From Candidatus Calescibacterium sp. (GTDB taxonomy: Bacteria; DRYD01), in contig JANXCV010000003.1 of the NCBI GenBank assembly GCA_025059235.1, forward strand, positions 43,392-107,391: DNA of 64,000 nt. The letters are read 5' to 3'. A program made the position numbers and the translations under genes. Every line of letters begins with the position of its first letter. Position 1 is the first letter of the stretch. Positions 1-10,741 of the stretch are shown in pieces. The notes under the pieces are model-generated. The model was not told the DNA's origin, ran no database searches, and saw only the letters and a program-made list of their open reading frames with translations.

Positions 1-312
1 CAATGTGAATCTGTATAGAAGTGAATGGTACCAAGCTGAAACTAGGAATAGGGATAGTATCAAAAAAAATGGATTATTTATGATGCTAACTACTATAACA
101 TCTCTTATATTATTGCTTAATAATTCGATTGATTGATCAAGCCAATGATCCTTTTTGGGTAATGCGAAATTTTTGTTTATTTCTTCTGGATTTCCCTGTG
201 AAGATACTTTATCAGTTTGGTTTTCAATTAAATTTTTTGTTCCACAATATGGACAAGCCGTCGTATTTTGTGGAAGTACGTTTTGACATTTAGAACACCT
301 AAAAATATCCAT
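1..312 (-). CDS. Zinc-ribbon membrane protein, runs off the window edge (partial)
   Basis: Not in the ORF track. Manual translation from ATG at 312 gives MDIFRCSKCQNVLPQNTTACPYCGTK (CxxC-x10-CxxC), later a hydrophobic stretch (FFLILSLFLVSAW). Frame stays open to position 1. Confidence 0.75.
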   Translation of the reverse strand, partial: MDIFRCSKCQNVLPQNTTACPYCGTKNLIENQTDKVSSQGNPEEINKNFALPKKDHWLDQSIELLSNNIRDVIVVSIINNPFFLILSLFLVSAWYHSLLYRFTL

Positions 313-352
313 CCGTAATATATAGGATTTTAATTTTTAGATATGATTCCTT

Positions 353-1336
353 TTACTGAATATTTTCTAGATATTTTTTTAGAGCTTCGACATTGTATTT
401 CCTAATTTTGAAGGAATTTACTTTCAGGTATAATGGTAGATTTTCACTTGAAAAAATATGGCTTCTTATTAAGGAATTTTTATCGAATGATAAATGTGAT
501 AGAAGTTTTTTTATCCTAGAGTTATTGATTAATTCTGGGTTTTGGGTAACTTCTCTTATTATTCGCACGGTAACTAGGTATTTTGTAAATAGGTTATATC
601 TAAACTTTTCAAAATTTTCTGCTAGGAATTCTATTTCCTTTTTGTTAATATAAGCGTATAGTATGTCTACTAAGATTTTTCTTATTTTCATAGACCTTAT
701 TTTCTTCTTAAAATTGCTCAGTATTTCGATTATTTTAACTATGTTTTCTAGAGTCAAGTTTGCTATGTACGGTGGATAACGTAGATTTTCTAGAAACCTG
801 AAATAACTTTCAGATATTGTTTCACATTTTTCTAGTTCTGTTAGTATACTCCTCGATATTATGTTAACGCTTTCAGAAGATATAGAGTTTGGGTTTAGGT
901 TAGAAAACATATACCTTAAAAAAGTAATTCTGTCAACTTCTTCCATTTTGTTTAGTATTTTGTTTATAATTGAGTTAGTATAAATTTTGTTTTTAATTAA
1001 CTTTATTGTTTTTATTGTCAGTATTATTGTTTTATAATATTCCAAAGAACTTGGTACGATAAAATCTATTAATTTTTCTAGAATCTTTAGAAAGTACTTA
1101 TATATGTACATTGTTTTTTCCGAAAATTCGGTGGTTTCTGATATAAGGTTTAATATATCAATTACTATTGGGTAATTTTGACTATTTATTTTTTCCTTTA
1201 TTTTATAGAGAAGTAGGGACTTGGTTTCGATATTTCCAAAAGTGGATATTTGTAAGAAAAGTTCTTTCTCTTTTAATACATCTATATCTTTTATACTGAT
1301 TTCGTATAGTAGTTGTAGACTACTCATTTTGATCAT
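353..1336 (-). CDS. Hypothetical alpha-helical protein
   Basis: 327-aa ORF, Ile/Leu/Lys-rich, no recognised motif. GGGAGG spacing favours the ATG at 1327 as the start. Confidence 0.65.
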   Translation of the reverse strand: MIKMSSLQLLYEISIKDIDVLKEKELFLQISTFGNIETKSLLLYKIKEKINSQNYPIVIDILNLISETTEFSEKTMYIYKYFLKILEKLIDFIVPSSLEYYKTIILTIKTIKLIKNKIYTNSIINKILNKMEEVDRITFLRYMFSNLNPNSISSESVNIISRSILTELEKCETISESYFRFLENLRYPPYIANLTLENIVKIIEILSNFKKKIRSMKIRKILVDILYAYINKKEIEFLAENFEKFRYNLFTKYLVTVRIIREVTQNPELINNSRIKKLLSHLSFDKNSLIRSHIFSSENLPLYLKVNSFKIRKYNVEALKKYLENIQ

Positions 1337-1512
1337 CCTCCCATAAAGAAGATACTAGTTTATGAAATCCTGATTTTTCATGATTATATGTAAATTTTTC
1401 GTAAAATCAAACCGAAAATTTTTTCATAGTTTTTATTGGAAAGGATAATTTATTCCTTTTTAGAATTTTATAAACAAAATTACAAACAAAACTTTTGATA
1501 TATAAGTAAGGC

Positions 1513-3000
1513 ATGACGATAGTACTTTTAGGATTGTACTTATTGTTTATAGCAATATTATTCTTCGTTCCTCATAGGCTTGTAAGGGGTACAAGTATTT
1601 TAGCAGGTTCTGTTATTGGTGTTTTCTCTTCATATCTCTTCTTTTCTTTCCTATCCTATGGAAATAACTCAATTTTCTCAATAGATCTGGGTATGAATTA
1701 TGTTTTTAGAATTGACAATTTCAATGCATCACTTATTTTATTGAATGGACTGATATCTTTCTCTGTTCCCCTGGCAACTCATATAAAAGAAAGAGAGAGA
1801 GATTTTTATATATTGATGTTTACTGTTTTATTGGGTACTGCTGGTTTGTTTTTGACTCAAAATATAATCCTGTTCGTTTTGTTTTATGAATTGGCTAGCG
1901 TGCCCATGTATTTTCTAATAGCTAGGTGGGGTAGTTGGGGTGTTACTCCATTCAGGAGAGTATCTCCTGATTTTGCAGCCTGGAAACTATTTTTGTATCT
2001 CCAAGTTGGTGGAGCTCTGGTCATGCTGGGCTTCTTTATTCTCCACTCGCTCGTCTTTGGATATGATATATTTACCGGTTGGAATTTTCAGGATTATGAA
2101 AAGATAGTCTCTAAAGGACAAGTTCTGATAGAGGAAGAATGGGTAGCAGTCTTGATATTCTTTTTATTCTTCATTGCTTTTGGTATAGAGGCAGCCTTAG
2201 TGCCTTTTCACACTTGGTTACCCGATGGTCACTCTGCAGCTCCTTCTTCTATAAGCATGATCCTTGCAGGAGTACTGTTAAAAATGGGTACCTACGGAAT
2301 ACTTAGAGTTCCAATAGTATTTTTCCCCGAGGTAGCAGAAAAATATGGCATAGTCTTAATAGTTTTCGGTGTGTTAAACTTGGTGTACGGTGCTATAAAT
2401 GCTTTTAGACAGATAGATATAAAATACTTAATAGCGTATTCGAGTATAAGTCATATGGGAGCTATATTTATTGGTTTGGGAGCCAATAATGATCTAGGAA
2501 TTGCTGCTGCTGTTTTTCAGATGGTTTCTCACGGATTGATATCAGCTTTACTATTCTCAATAGCTGGCTCACTACAGTACAGAACAAATACCAGACTTAT
2601 AGATAATTATGGTGGATTGTTGCGAATAATTCCGTTTATTGGTACTATGCTGGTTTTCGCTGGTATGGCTAATTTGGGGCTACCTGGTTTAAGCGGCTTT
2701 GTAGCAGAGCTGCTTTCTTTGAGTGCTCTTATTAAAAAATTGACCGGATATACGGGAGTGATTCTAGTAATTATATCTCTAATTGGGGTGTTTATAACTG
2801 CTGTGTATGTCCTAAATCTTATCGATAAAACTTTATACCGAAAGGTAAATCCCATTTATTCGAATATTGATGATGCTCATTGGGACGAAAAACTACATAT
2901 GTTAGTTTTGTCTGCTTTTATCCTTATCTTGGGTATATTCCCGTTTGTTATAACCGATATCTCTAATCTATCTGAGATAAGAAAAATTTTGGGGATGTGA
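1513..3000 (+). CDS. nuoM: NADH-quinone oxidoreductase subunit M (antiporter-like)
   Basis: Polytopic membrane protein with FYELASVPMYFLI, PFHTWLPDGHSAAP, LAGVLLKMGTYG, IAYSSISHMG and LGLPGLSGFVAE motifs. Confidence 0.92.
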   Translation: MTIVLLGLYLLFIAILFFVPHRLVRGTSILAGSVIGVFSSYLFFSFLSYGNNSIFSIDLGMNYVFRIDNFNASLILLNGLISFSVPLATHIKERERDFYILMFTVLLGTAGLFLTQNIILFVLFYELASVPMYFLIARWGSWGVTPFRRVSPDFAAWKLFLYLQVGGALVMLGFFILHSLVFGYDIFTGWNFQDYEKIVSKGQVLIEEEWVAVLIFFLFFIAFGIEAALVPFHTWLPDGHSAAPSSISMILAGVLLKMGTYGILRVPIVFFPEVAEKYGIVLIVFGVLNLVYGAINAFRQIDIKYLIAYSSISHMGAIFIGLGANNDLGIAAAVFQMVSHGLISALLFSIAGSLQYRTNTRLIDNYGGLLRIIPFIGTMLVFAGMANLGLPGLSGFVAELLSLSALIKKLTGYTGVILVIISLIGVFITAVYVLNLIDKTLYRKVNPIYSNIDDAHWDEKLHMLVLSAFILILGIFPFVITDISNLSEIRKILGM

Positions 3001-3003
3001 AAA

Positions 3004-4491
3004 TTGATGGAATGGATAGCTAAACTAATACCGGAATTATGGTTATCTATAAATATACTCTTTTTCCTGGGTTTTTTGGGGATATGCAAATCTCGAGATG
3101 ATTTTTTATCTTTATATAATCTATTTATTTTCTCATGTATGGTTTTGGTAGGTACTGTTTTTTATCAACTTTTTCTCCTGGATGGTAGTAATTTAAGCCT
3201 GTATATAAACGATATGTTTATCTACTCGAACGGTTTCTTTGAATTAATCTCGAAGTTGTTTATATCAATCGTTTCTATTTTTATAGCCATAATGTTTGGT
3301 GTTTATTTTAGGGGTGGAGATGAAAGGTTCAGTCACTTGTATTTTAGACCAGATATATTGCCACTATTTTTAATTGTTATCCTAGGTTCGTTTGCTATGG
3401 TATCTTCGAACGATTTCCTTACTTTTCTGATAGGGTTTGAATTGGTTGCAGTTCCTTCTTACTTTATGATAGCAATGGATAACAAGAATAAACAGGCTCT
3501 TGAGGGAAGTATAAAGTATTTTCTTATTGGTTCCCTTTCAACTATTAGCTTGATAATTTCTATTCTTATTTTTTATCTGTACAGTGGATCTCTTGTTTTT
3601 AGTGCTAATCTGAGTTTGCTAGGTTTGAACCTTTGGGGTGTAAAAGCAGCTTTCATATTCTTATTAGTTGGTTTTCTTATAAAATTAGCTGCCTTTCCTT
3701 TTTCTTTTTGGATCCAAGATGCCTACTATGCAAGTAGATCACCATACTTATTGGTTATATCTACTCTACCTAAATTATCTGTTTTGATAATCTTTTTGAA
3801 AATATTGTCACATATTCATGATAATTATATTCTTGAGGTGTTAGGTGTATTTTCTATAGTTTCGATGATTGTAGGGACTTTTTGGGCTTTGACCAGTACT
3901 AATCTCAAAAAAATACTCGCTTTCTCTACGATTGCTAACGTAGGATATATACTCATACCTTTTTATAGTTGGGGTTCGAGTATGGCTTTTAATTCCCAAG
4001 CTATTGCTATCAATTACTTTTATATTTTACAGTATGTTTTGTCTACGATATTGTTCATCTCTGTTATAATCTACCTGGAGGAGAAATATGATAGTTCTGA
4101 TTTGGAAGTTTTGACGGGTGCGTTAAATAATAGTCCGGTATTGGTATGGTTTCTGGTTGTTTCGTTAGTTTCCCTGGCTGGACTTCCTCCTACTGCCGGT
4201 TTTGTAGCTAAATTCCTTCTTTTTGCCTACTCCTATCCTTCTGCTCCAATACTTGTATGGACAGGTATTATCACTAGTTTGATCTCCCTGTATTTCTACT
4301 ATAGAATAGCTCAATATTTATATGTCAAAGGCAATAGTTCTAAGAAAACGAAAATAGAACTTGGTTTCTTACAGACCTTTTCTAATTCTTTGCTATCTGT
4401 TATAATAATTCTGATAGGATTTCTCCCCTGGTTTGTGATAAACATTATTTACTTTGTTTCGTTTAGCTTATTTGATAATTTAGGCTTTTAG
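3004..4491 (+). CDS. nuoN: NADH-quinone oxidoreductase subunit N
   Basis: EGSIKYFLIGS, KLAAFPFSFW, LAFSTIANVGY and SLAGLPPTAGFVAKF motifs; follows nuoM. Confidence 0.92.
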   Translation: MMEWIAKLIPELWLSINILFFLGFLGICKSRDDFLSLYNLFIFSCMVLVGTVFYQLFLLDGSNLSLYINDMFIYSNGFFELISKLFISIVSIFIAIMFGVYFRGGDERFSHLYFRPDILPLFLIVILGSFAMVSSNDFLTFLIGFELVAVPSYFMIAMDNKNKQALEGSIKYFLIGSLSTISLIISILIFYLYSGSLVFSANLSLLGLNLWGVKAAFIFLLVGFLIKLAAFPFSFWIQDAYYASRSPYLLVISTLPKLSVLIIFLKILSHIHDNYILEVLGVFSIVSMIVGTFWALTSTNLKKILAFSTIANVGYILIPFYSWGSSMAFNSQAIAINYFYILQYVLSTILFISVIIYLEEKYDSSDLEVLTGALNNSPVLVWFLVVSLVSLAGLPPTAGFVAKFLLFAYSYPSAPILVWTGIITSLISLYFYYRIAQYLYVKGNSSKKTKIELGFLQTFSNSLLSVIIILIGFLPWFVINIIYFVSFSLFDNLGF

Positions 4492-4493
4492 TT

Positions 4494-5459
4494 ATGAGGG
4501 GACTACTTTACTTTCTGGGATTTTTCTCTTTACTTTCTGTAGTTTTAGGTCATGGACATAAATTAACTGAAAAGATTTATTTAGAGCTATCGAGGGGAAA
4601 CGTTTATCAAGCAGAGAGATTGGTGTATGAGGTTCTGGATGAGGATCCCCACAATATAGATGCTCTCTTTGCCAAATCAATTCTTATCGTAAAATATGCA
4701 GAAAGTTCAACTGACTCAAAATTAAAAAATCAAAGATATTCTAAAGCTATGGAAATATTAGATTTTCTGAACAAGAAACTTAATGGTTTTTACTATTATC
4801 ATTTTATAAGAGCTAAAGTTCTTGAAAACCTCGGAGCTGTTCAAGAGGCTATAAAAGAATATGACAATAGCATATTTCATAATCCCAGATTTATTGACTC
4901 TTATATTTCTAAGTCTTGGCTTTTTTGGAAGATGGGAAATATTTACGAAAGTTATAAAGTACTATGGCCAATAAAAGATAAATATAGAGCAAAAGTGCTA
5001 ATAGGATGGTATAAATATCAAGAATCCGACTATTCCGAAGCAATGAAAAACTTTAATGAAATTATAGCTAACCCCATTCAGTTCAAATCGATAAAGGAAA
5101 ATAGAGAAGTGCTCAATCAGTTATATTTTCAGATAATGTGGGTAAATTATAGAGCTAACCGTAACGATCTATACTGGATAAAACAAAATCTAAAATATAA
5201 CACAAATAATTATTACTATGTTGTATCGTCTGTGATATATGATCTGGTTGTCAAAAGAGACGATGAATTAGCGGTTAAACAGTGTTTATACAACATTTCT
5301 CTATATCCTGACAAACCATATCTTTTTTTCATTATGTATAACATACTGAAGAAGCACGATAGACAAGGTAGTAAGAATTATTTAATGTTCCTGAGGAAAG
5401 CAGTCGAACTAGATATTTATAATCTTGATTTTAGGAGAGTTCTAGATAAAGAAGCATGA
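4494..5459 (+). CDS. Exported TPR-repeat protein
   Basis: N-terminal signal-like segment; TPR-like helices (EDPHNIDALFAKS, EAIKEYDNSIFHNP). Confidence 0.7.
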   Translation: MRGLLYFLGFFSLLSVVLGHGHKLTEKIYLELSRGNVYQAERLVYEVLDEDPHNIDALFAKSILIVKYAESSTDSKLKNQRYSKAMEILDFLNKKLNGFYYYHFIRAKVLENLGAVQEAIKEYDNSIFHNPRFIDSYISKSWLFWKMGNIYESYKVLWPIKDKYRAKVLIGWYKYQESDYSEAMKNFNEIIANPIQFKSIKENREVLNQLYFQIMWVNYRANRNDLYWIKQNLKYNTNNYYYVVSSVIYDLVVKRDDELAVKQCLYNISLYPDKPYLFFIMYNILKKHDRQGSKNYLMFLRKAVELDIYNLDFRRVLDKEA

Positions 5460-6424
5460 ATGAAATTATAAATGAATATGTTAGGGTAATAGTAATATTT
5501 TTTAGGGAGACAAATCCTTGGGTAATTGGCCCTATAGTTTTTATCTTCGGTGCAATCTTTGGAAGCTTTATTAATGTGTTGATTTATAGGCTACCTTTGG
5601 AAATGGATATCGTGTTCAAACCTAGCTTTTGCCCAAAGTGTAAGAAGAATATAAGATGGTATCATAATATACCCATTTTTAGTTATTTGTTTTTAGGTGG
5701 AAAATGTGCTTACTGTAAAGAAAGGATAGATATCAGTTACTTTGTTATAGAAATACTGACCGCTTTATGTTTTTTACTCTTCTATGTTTTGTATGGTATA
5801 ACCTGGGATTTTCTAGTACTTTGCATTTTCTTCGTTTTATCACTGCCGGTTTTGATTATTGATTTTAAGTACCATATAATTCCTGACGAGCTTTCTATAG
5901 GGGGATTTATTATAGGGTTATTTTTAGGATTGATTCACACTTTTATTGGGTTTGATAATAATGTTAATATAACGGTTAGTATTCTTGATAGTATTTTAGG
6001 TGTTTTGGTGGGGGTATTAATTTTTGGTGGTATATACTTTTTTTCGTTTTGGATATTTAAGAAGGAGGGTATGGGACTTGGGGATGTAAAATTTTCTGCT
6101 ACCATAGGGGCTTTTCTAGGTTCAGCTCCATCACTCGTAGCCTTCCTACTGTCCTTTATCTATGGTTCACTATTCGGAATAATTCTAATGATATATAAAA
6201 GAATAAAAAATACTAAAAAGATAAAGCTGTTGTCATATTTCAAAGATTTTAATGTTTCCAGCGATTACTTAACTTCTATAGTTAGAGTATACACATATCA
6301 TACTGAGCTTGATCAACTGAAAAGTAGTTACATTGCTTTTGGTCCATACATGGTTTTGGCTGCTTGGACTTCTATATTCATATCTCATCAAATAACTGAT
6401 ATATTCCTGGGTGAAATCATATGA
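5456..6424 (+). CDS. pilD: Type IV prepilin peptidase / N-methyltransferase (A24)
   Basis: GSFINVLIYRLP, CPKC...CAYC zinc site, IDFKYHIIPD, GMGLGDVK and AFGPY motifs. Confidence 0.93.
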   Translation: MNEIINEYVRVIVIFFRETNPWVIGPIVFIFGAIFGSFINVLIYRLPLEMDIVFKPSFCPKCKKNIRWYHNIPIFSYLFLGGKCAYCKERIDISYFVIEILTALCFLLFYVLYGITWDFLVLCIFFVLSLPVLIIDFKYHIIPDELSIGGFIIGLFLGLIHTFIGFDNNVNITVSILDSILGVLVGVLIFGGIYFFSFWIFKKEGMGLGDVKFSATIGAFLGSAPSLVAFLLSFIYGSLFGIILMIYKRIKNTKKIKLLSYFKDFNVSSDYLTSIVRVYTYHTELDQLKSSYIAFGPYMVLAAWTSIFISHQITDIFLGEII

Positions 6425-7233
6425 GGTTATCTGTTTTACAGTTTAATCCTATTCACAAAAATGTTCAAGAAAATTATAAAGTTATAGAGAAATACCTAAA
6501 AAGCGAGAATAATTCTATAGTTGTTTTACCTGAGTTATGTACAACAGGATATTTATTTGAAAGTAAGGATGAGTTGTATAATTTGGCCGAAGAAATTCCT
6601 GGAGGTAAGTTTTGTGAATTACTTTGTAACATAGCAAGGGATAATAATTTGATTATTGTTGCTGGATTAGCCGAAAGAGAAAAAAATAAGTTGTTTAATT
6701 CTGCAGTTATTATCTCACCAGATGGTTATATCGGAAAATACAGGAAAATCAATCTTTTCTATAAAGAGAAGTTGATTTTTGAGAGAGGAGAAGAGTTACA
6801 TGTTTTTAGGGTTAATTTTTGTGGTAGGAATATACAAATAGGAGTAATGATTTGTTTTGATTGGTTTTTCCCAGAAATAGCGAGAAGGTTGAAGATTATG
6901 GGTGCTTCTATTATTGCTCACCCTTCTAATTTGGTCTTACCATACTGTCCTAAAGCTATGCCTATAAGAGCACTAGAAAATAAACTATACACTATTACAG
7001 CTAATAGAATTGGTACTGAAAAATCTGAAAATGAAATTTTGAAGTTCATTGGGCAATCTGTTATATGTTCTCCAAAAGCAGAGTATCTTTTGAAATTATC
7101 TGAAGATGATTGTGGGATATTTACCGTTCAAATCGATCCTGAAATTGAAGAAAAGGTTACTAATCTGAATTATCTTTCAGAAGATCTCAGAGAATTATAT
7201 AAAAGACTACCTGCTAATTTTCTTGATTTCTGA
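6421..7233 (+). CDS. Carbon-nitrogen hydrolase (nitrilase superfamily)
   Basis: Catalytic triad motifs VLPEL, YRKINL and ICFDWFFPE. Confidence 0.9.
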   Translation: MRLSVLQFNPIHKNVQENYKVIEKYLKSENNSIVVLPELCTTGYLFESKDELYNLAEEIPGGKFCELLCNIARDNNLIIVAGLAEREKNKLFNSAVIISPDGYIGKYRKINLFYKEKLIFERGEELHVFRVNFCGRNIQIGVMICFDWFFPEIARRLKIMGASIIAHPSNLVLPYCPKAMPIRALENKLYTITANRIGTEKSENEILKFIGQSVICSPKAEYLLKLSEDDCGIFTVQIDPEIEEKVTNLNYLSEDLRELYKRLPANFLDF

Positions 7234-8314
7234 GAATAAGTAGTATTAAAAAGAAGCTCAACGTTGATAGTATAAACCCGTTAATGAATAACCAGATATA
7301 TCCTTTTTCAATCATTACTGACGATAACAAAGCTCCCGATAGATTTGAAAAAGAGAACGTCGATGATACTAATGTTATTGATGTTATTTTTTCGTTATTA
7401 TTCTTAGACAAATATTCTATATTTCCTAGGTATAGAGCTGTAAATGATAGTCCAAGTATAAGCTGTAATAATGCTAAAATCCAAAAATTTTTAAACATAG
7501 GGAAAAAGAGGAAATAAATGGCTGAGAGAATATATCCTGTAGATATCAGAAGCATTAGACTTCTATTTTTTTTGTCAACGAACATATATATTATCGGGTT
7601 AGATATTGTTTGGGCAATTATGTTGATGGCATGAAGGATTCCTATAATGTGAATATTGTAGTTGTAGTAGCTAAGGAGTATATAAGAGAAGTATAACCAT
7701 ATTCCTGCTGCTCCTGTGTGCCTCAAGAATAAAGCTAGATATATGAACCAATTTTTTTTGAGTATTTCCAAGGAATTGAGCTTTTTTTCTTCTTCATATC
7801 CTTGCTCTTTACTAAATATAGGATATACAAAGCTGAATATTAGTGAAATTAGAAAAAGAAAAGAAATGATAAATATCATTGTTTTATAGTTTCCTATCAT
7901 GCCTCCTAGCAGGTAACCTATTATGAAACCTAGTGATGATATACCTATGGTTATTCCTTTATTTTGTGATCTAGACATATTGATTCCTACAAATGAGGAG
8001 CCAAGATAACCGATCATAAATACTATAAAGCTAAGCAAAATATAGCTTTTTACAGATGTAAGTAAAATTAGAAGTATAATGTTTAGGAGGATTATTATTT
8101 GGGTTATTGAGTTTTTATTTTTTGATTTTTCTATGAAGTTTGATAGGGAGAAACCTGATATAACCGATCCAAGTGAAAAAAGAGAACCTATTATTCCTAT
8201 TGATTTTTCAGGTAAGTTATATTCTTGAATAATCAGGGGCAAAAACAAATATAAGGTAGAAAAGAAAGAAAAATAGTTCATTATATTGAAACCAAGGATA
8301 ATATCCTTCAGCAA
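7214..8314 (-). CDS. MFS transporter
   Basis: About 12 hydrophobic segments in two halves; 366 aa. Confidence 0.8.
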   Translation of the reverse strand: MLKDIILGFNIMNYFSFFSTLYLFLPLIIQEYNLPEKSIGIIGSLFSLGSVISGFSLSNFIEKSKNKNSITQIIILLNIILLILLTSVKSYILLSFIVFMIGYLGSSFVGINMSRSQNKGITIGISSLGFIIGYLLGGMIGNYKTMIFIISFLFLISLIFSFVYPIFSKEQGYEEEKKLNSLEILKKNWFIYLALFLRHTGAAGIWLYFSYILLSYYNYNIHIIGILHAINIIAQTISNPIIYMFVDKKNRSLMLLISTGYILSAIYFLFFPMFKNFWILALLQLILGLSFTALYLGNIEYLSKNNNEKITSITLVSSTFSFSNLSGALLSSVMIEKGYIWLFINGFILSTLSFFLILLILRNQEN

Positions 8315-8339
8315 GTTTTTGAGTACTTTCCCCGATTTT

Positions 8340-9476
8340 TTAAACAGTTGCTGCTATTCTGACCGGCATTAATAGATACAGAAAATCGTCTGTTTCAGGG
8401 AAGGTTACTTTCATAGGACTACTGTCATCTATGAAGCTTATTTGTATTTCTTGTTCTGATATGTTAGTTAGCATGGTTTCTATGAATTTACCGTTGAAAT
8501 GAATGATTAGATCTTTACCGGTTTTTTTCTTTAAGGGAATTTCTTCTTTAGCTTTACCTAATTCGCTTTCTATTGATTTTACTATCATCTTATTTTTGGT
8601 AATTTCAAATATTACTATTCCACTTAGTTCTTTACTTTTACTAAGAACAAGAATTCTTTTTATTGCGTCTAGTAGTACTTTTCTTGATAGGAGTATATCT
8701 ATTTCGAAATTTGTTGGTATTACTTCTTTATACTCTGGGAAGTTACCATCGATGAGTTTAGATGAGACTTTTACCTGACCGAAATCAGTTTGGCTTTTGA
8801 AACAGGCTATTTTAGGATTTTCAGGATTGTCTAATAGGATTTCTATTAGCCCTTTGATATTTTTTTGTATAGTCTTTAGACTTTTTACGGGGAGGATCAA
8901 TTTTGATTCGTTATTCGATGGTTGGTTGATTTTTCTCAATGCTAGTTGACTACCATCTGTAGCTACTAATTTCATATCTTTTTTGGTTATTTCAAATAGT
9001 ACGCCTGCAAAGATGGGATTACTTTCATCTGGATAGCTGGATGAGTATATTACACTATCTATTGCTTCATCTAAAGTTTCTGAATCTATTTCCATGATCT
9101 TTTGTAATTTTGTGGATGATAGTGTCAATTCGGGATATTCGGATATGTCTATGGTCGCTAGTTCTGCTGAAAAACCTAGGGAATTTATGGTCAGGCGACT
9201 ATCTTTCAGCTGGAAAGATAACTCAGGGTAGTCTATTTTTGAGATCAATTGTTGAAGAGGTTTTAAAGGTACTACTGTTTCTCCTTCCTGGAATACTTCA
9301 CAATCTATCGAACATATATATTCGCTTTCTAGATCTGTTGTTGAAATTATGACTTTTGAACTTTGAGCTTCAATCTTTATTCCTTCTAGTGCAAGTAAGG
9401 GACTTTTCCGGGGTACTATGATATTTGCCATATCTAAGGCTTTTTCCAGATTATCTGTTTTTACTGTGAAATTCAT
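8340..9476 (-). CDS. dnaN: DNA polymerase III beta clamp
   Basis: STTDLE, LVATDGSQLA, SKLIDGNFPEY and C-terminal YLLMPVR motifs; AGGAGG RBS. Confidence 0.95.
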   Translation of the reverse strand: MNFTVKTDNLEKALDMANIIVPRKSPLLALEGIKIEAQSSKVIISTTDLESEYICSIDCEVFQEGETVVPLKPLQQLISKIDYPELSFQLKDSRLTINSLGFSAELATIDISEYPELTLSSTKLQKIMEIDSETLDEAIDSVIYSSSYPDESNPIFAGVLFEITKKDMKLVATDGSQLALRKINQPSNNESKLILPVKSLKTIQKNIKGLIEILLDNPENPKIACFKSQTDFGQVKVSSKLIDGNFPEYKEVIPTNFEIDILLSRKVLLDAIKRILVLSKSKELSGIVIFEITKNKMIVKSIESELGKAKEEIPLKKKTGKDLIIHFNGKFIETMLTNISEQEIQISFIDDSSPMKVTFPETDDFLYLLMPVRIAATV

Positions 9477-9556
9477 AAGTAAATTATCCTCCTTCTGGTT
9501 TGATTTGATCTGAACATAATATCAATTCTATAGTTTTAATCCTTATCCTCGGTATG

Positions 9557-10228
9557 TTATGGATTAAGATTGATAATGTTTATTAGGTAAACAATAAGTG
9601 GATTGTTGACTTTTGCGTTTCTATCTTTGATATATCTAGAAAATTCTCTACCATATTGATCAGATGTATAAGTATAGAAACTTATCGATAAATTTTGAAA
9701 GATGATTTGATCGTATCTTCTTTGTCTGTTTATAGGTGTAGTCTGTATTTTTATGAGATTAGTAGCATTATTTTCGAAGTTATACAGGTATGTGGTTGTT
9801 ACATTATTTGTTGATCTCAAGACGCAAAAATCTTCTATTTTCCAGAAAACATTATCTGGCAAGTAAGCGAAGTTAATGGTGTTTGTTTTATCGAAATATA
9901 TAACCACTTTGCGGTAATTTTTTTTATTAATTTTTTCTTGTCTATAATATAGCTCTACTAATGTTTTTGTTGACGAACCTTGTACGCTGTATATCTGTAA
10001 GACATTTGAATCTAATATTCGTAGATTCAGTATCCCTTTATCATATAGTATTCTTTCAATTTTGATTGCTGTTTGTTTAATTTTTATGTCTGCTTCTTGT
10101 ACGTATCCTACTTTTTTGTTGTACTTAGATAGAACTAGAAGAGTTTGAATGATTATTGTTAAGAGTAGTGAGATAATTCCGATGCTGACTGTTAATTCTA
10201 TAAGTGTTAGGGCTTTTTGTTTTTTCAT
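9557..10228 (-). CDS. Prepilin-type (class III signal peptide) minor pilin / pseudopilin
   Basis: MKKQKA|LTLIELTVSIGIISLLL: basic leader, Glu at +5, hydrophobic helix. Confidence 0.8.
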   Translation of the reverse strand: MKKQKALTLIELTVSIGIISLLLTIIIQTLLVLSKYNKKVGYVQEADIKIKQTAIKIERILYDKGILNLRILDSNVLQIYSVQGSSTKTLVELYYRQEKINKKNYRKVVIYFDKTNTINFAYLPDNVFWKIEDFCVLRSTNNVTTTYLYNFENNATNLIKIQTTPINRQRRYDQIIFQNLSISFYTYTSDQYGREFSRYIKDRNAKVNNPLIVYLINIINLNP

Positions 10229-10233
10229 ACTGT

Positions 10234-10569
10234 CTATTTCATTGCTATTGCTTCTATTTCTGCTTTTGCTCCTTTGGGTAGGGCTTTGACGATTATTGTG
10301 GTTCTGGTGGGTTTATTTTCACCAAAAAATTTTGAAAATTCTTCATTTATTTTTGGGAAGCTATCTTCATCTGTCAAAAATATAGTTGTTTTCACTACAT
10401 CTTCCTTGGAGAATCCTGCTGCATTTAGTATTTTTTCTAGATTATCTAGAGCTTTTTTGAACTGCTCTAGTGGGTCATCACTAACCAACTGGTTATTTTC
10501 ATCTATCCCTAATTGACCAGAAACGAAGAGTATGTTACCTTTCAGTATGTATGGGCTATACGGTAGCAT
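10234..10569 (-). CDS. ridA: RidA/YjgF family imine deaminase
   Basis: PYS, LFVSGQLG, VVKTTIFL, PTRT and LPKGAKAEIEAIA motifs. Confidence 0.9.
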   Translation of the reverse strand: MLPYSPYILKGNILFVSGQLGIDENNQLVSDDPLEQFKKALDNLEKILNAAGFSKEDVVKTTIFLTDEDSFPKINEEFSKFFGENKPTRTTIIVKALPKGAKAEIEAIAMK

Positions 10570-10640
10570 TTTCTTGTAACCTCCCTAATATATACTTCAC
10601 ATACTGTCTGTTTTTTACCCTTCGGAAAGCAATAAAAAAA

Positions 10641-10659
10641 TGTTAAAATATTGTAAAAA
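10641..10659 (+). promoter_or_regulatory. Tandem TGT(T/A)AAAA boxes with 11-bp spacing (OmpR/PhoB-family-like site)
   Basis: TGTTAAAA at 10641 and TGTAAAAA at 10652, about 100 bp upstream of the 10742 ATG. Confidence 0.4.
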
Positions 10660-10741
10660 TATCTCGAAAAAAGTTTAATTTACATAACTGAAGGGATATT
10701 AATAGTAATAAAAAAGAAATATCTTGAAGGAGGGGGTATAA

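Noticed and set aside
9477-9556. Possible oriC / DnaA boxes next to dnaN
   Set aside because: The TTATCCTC matches are not TTATCCACA, one is simply the RBS complement, the gap is only 80 bp, and dnaA is absent.
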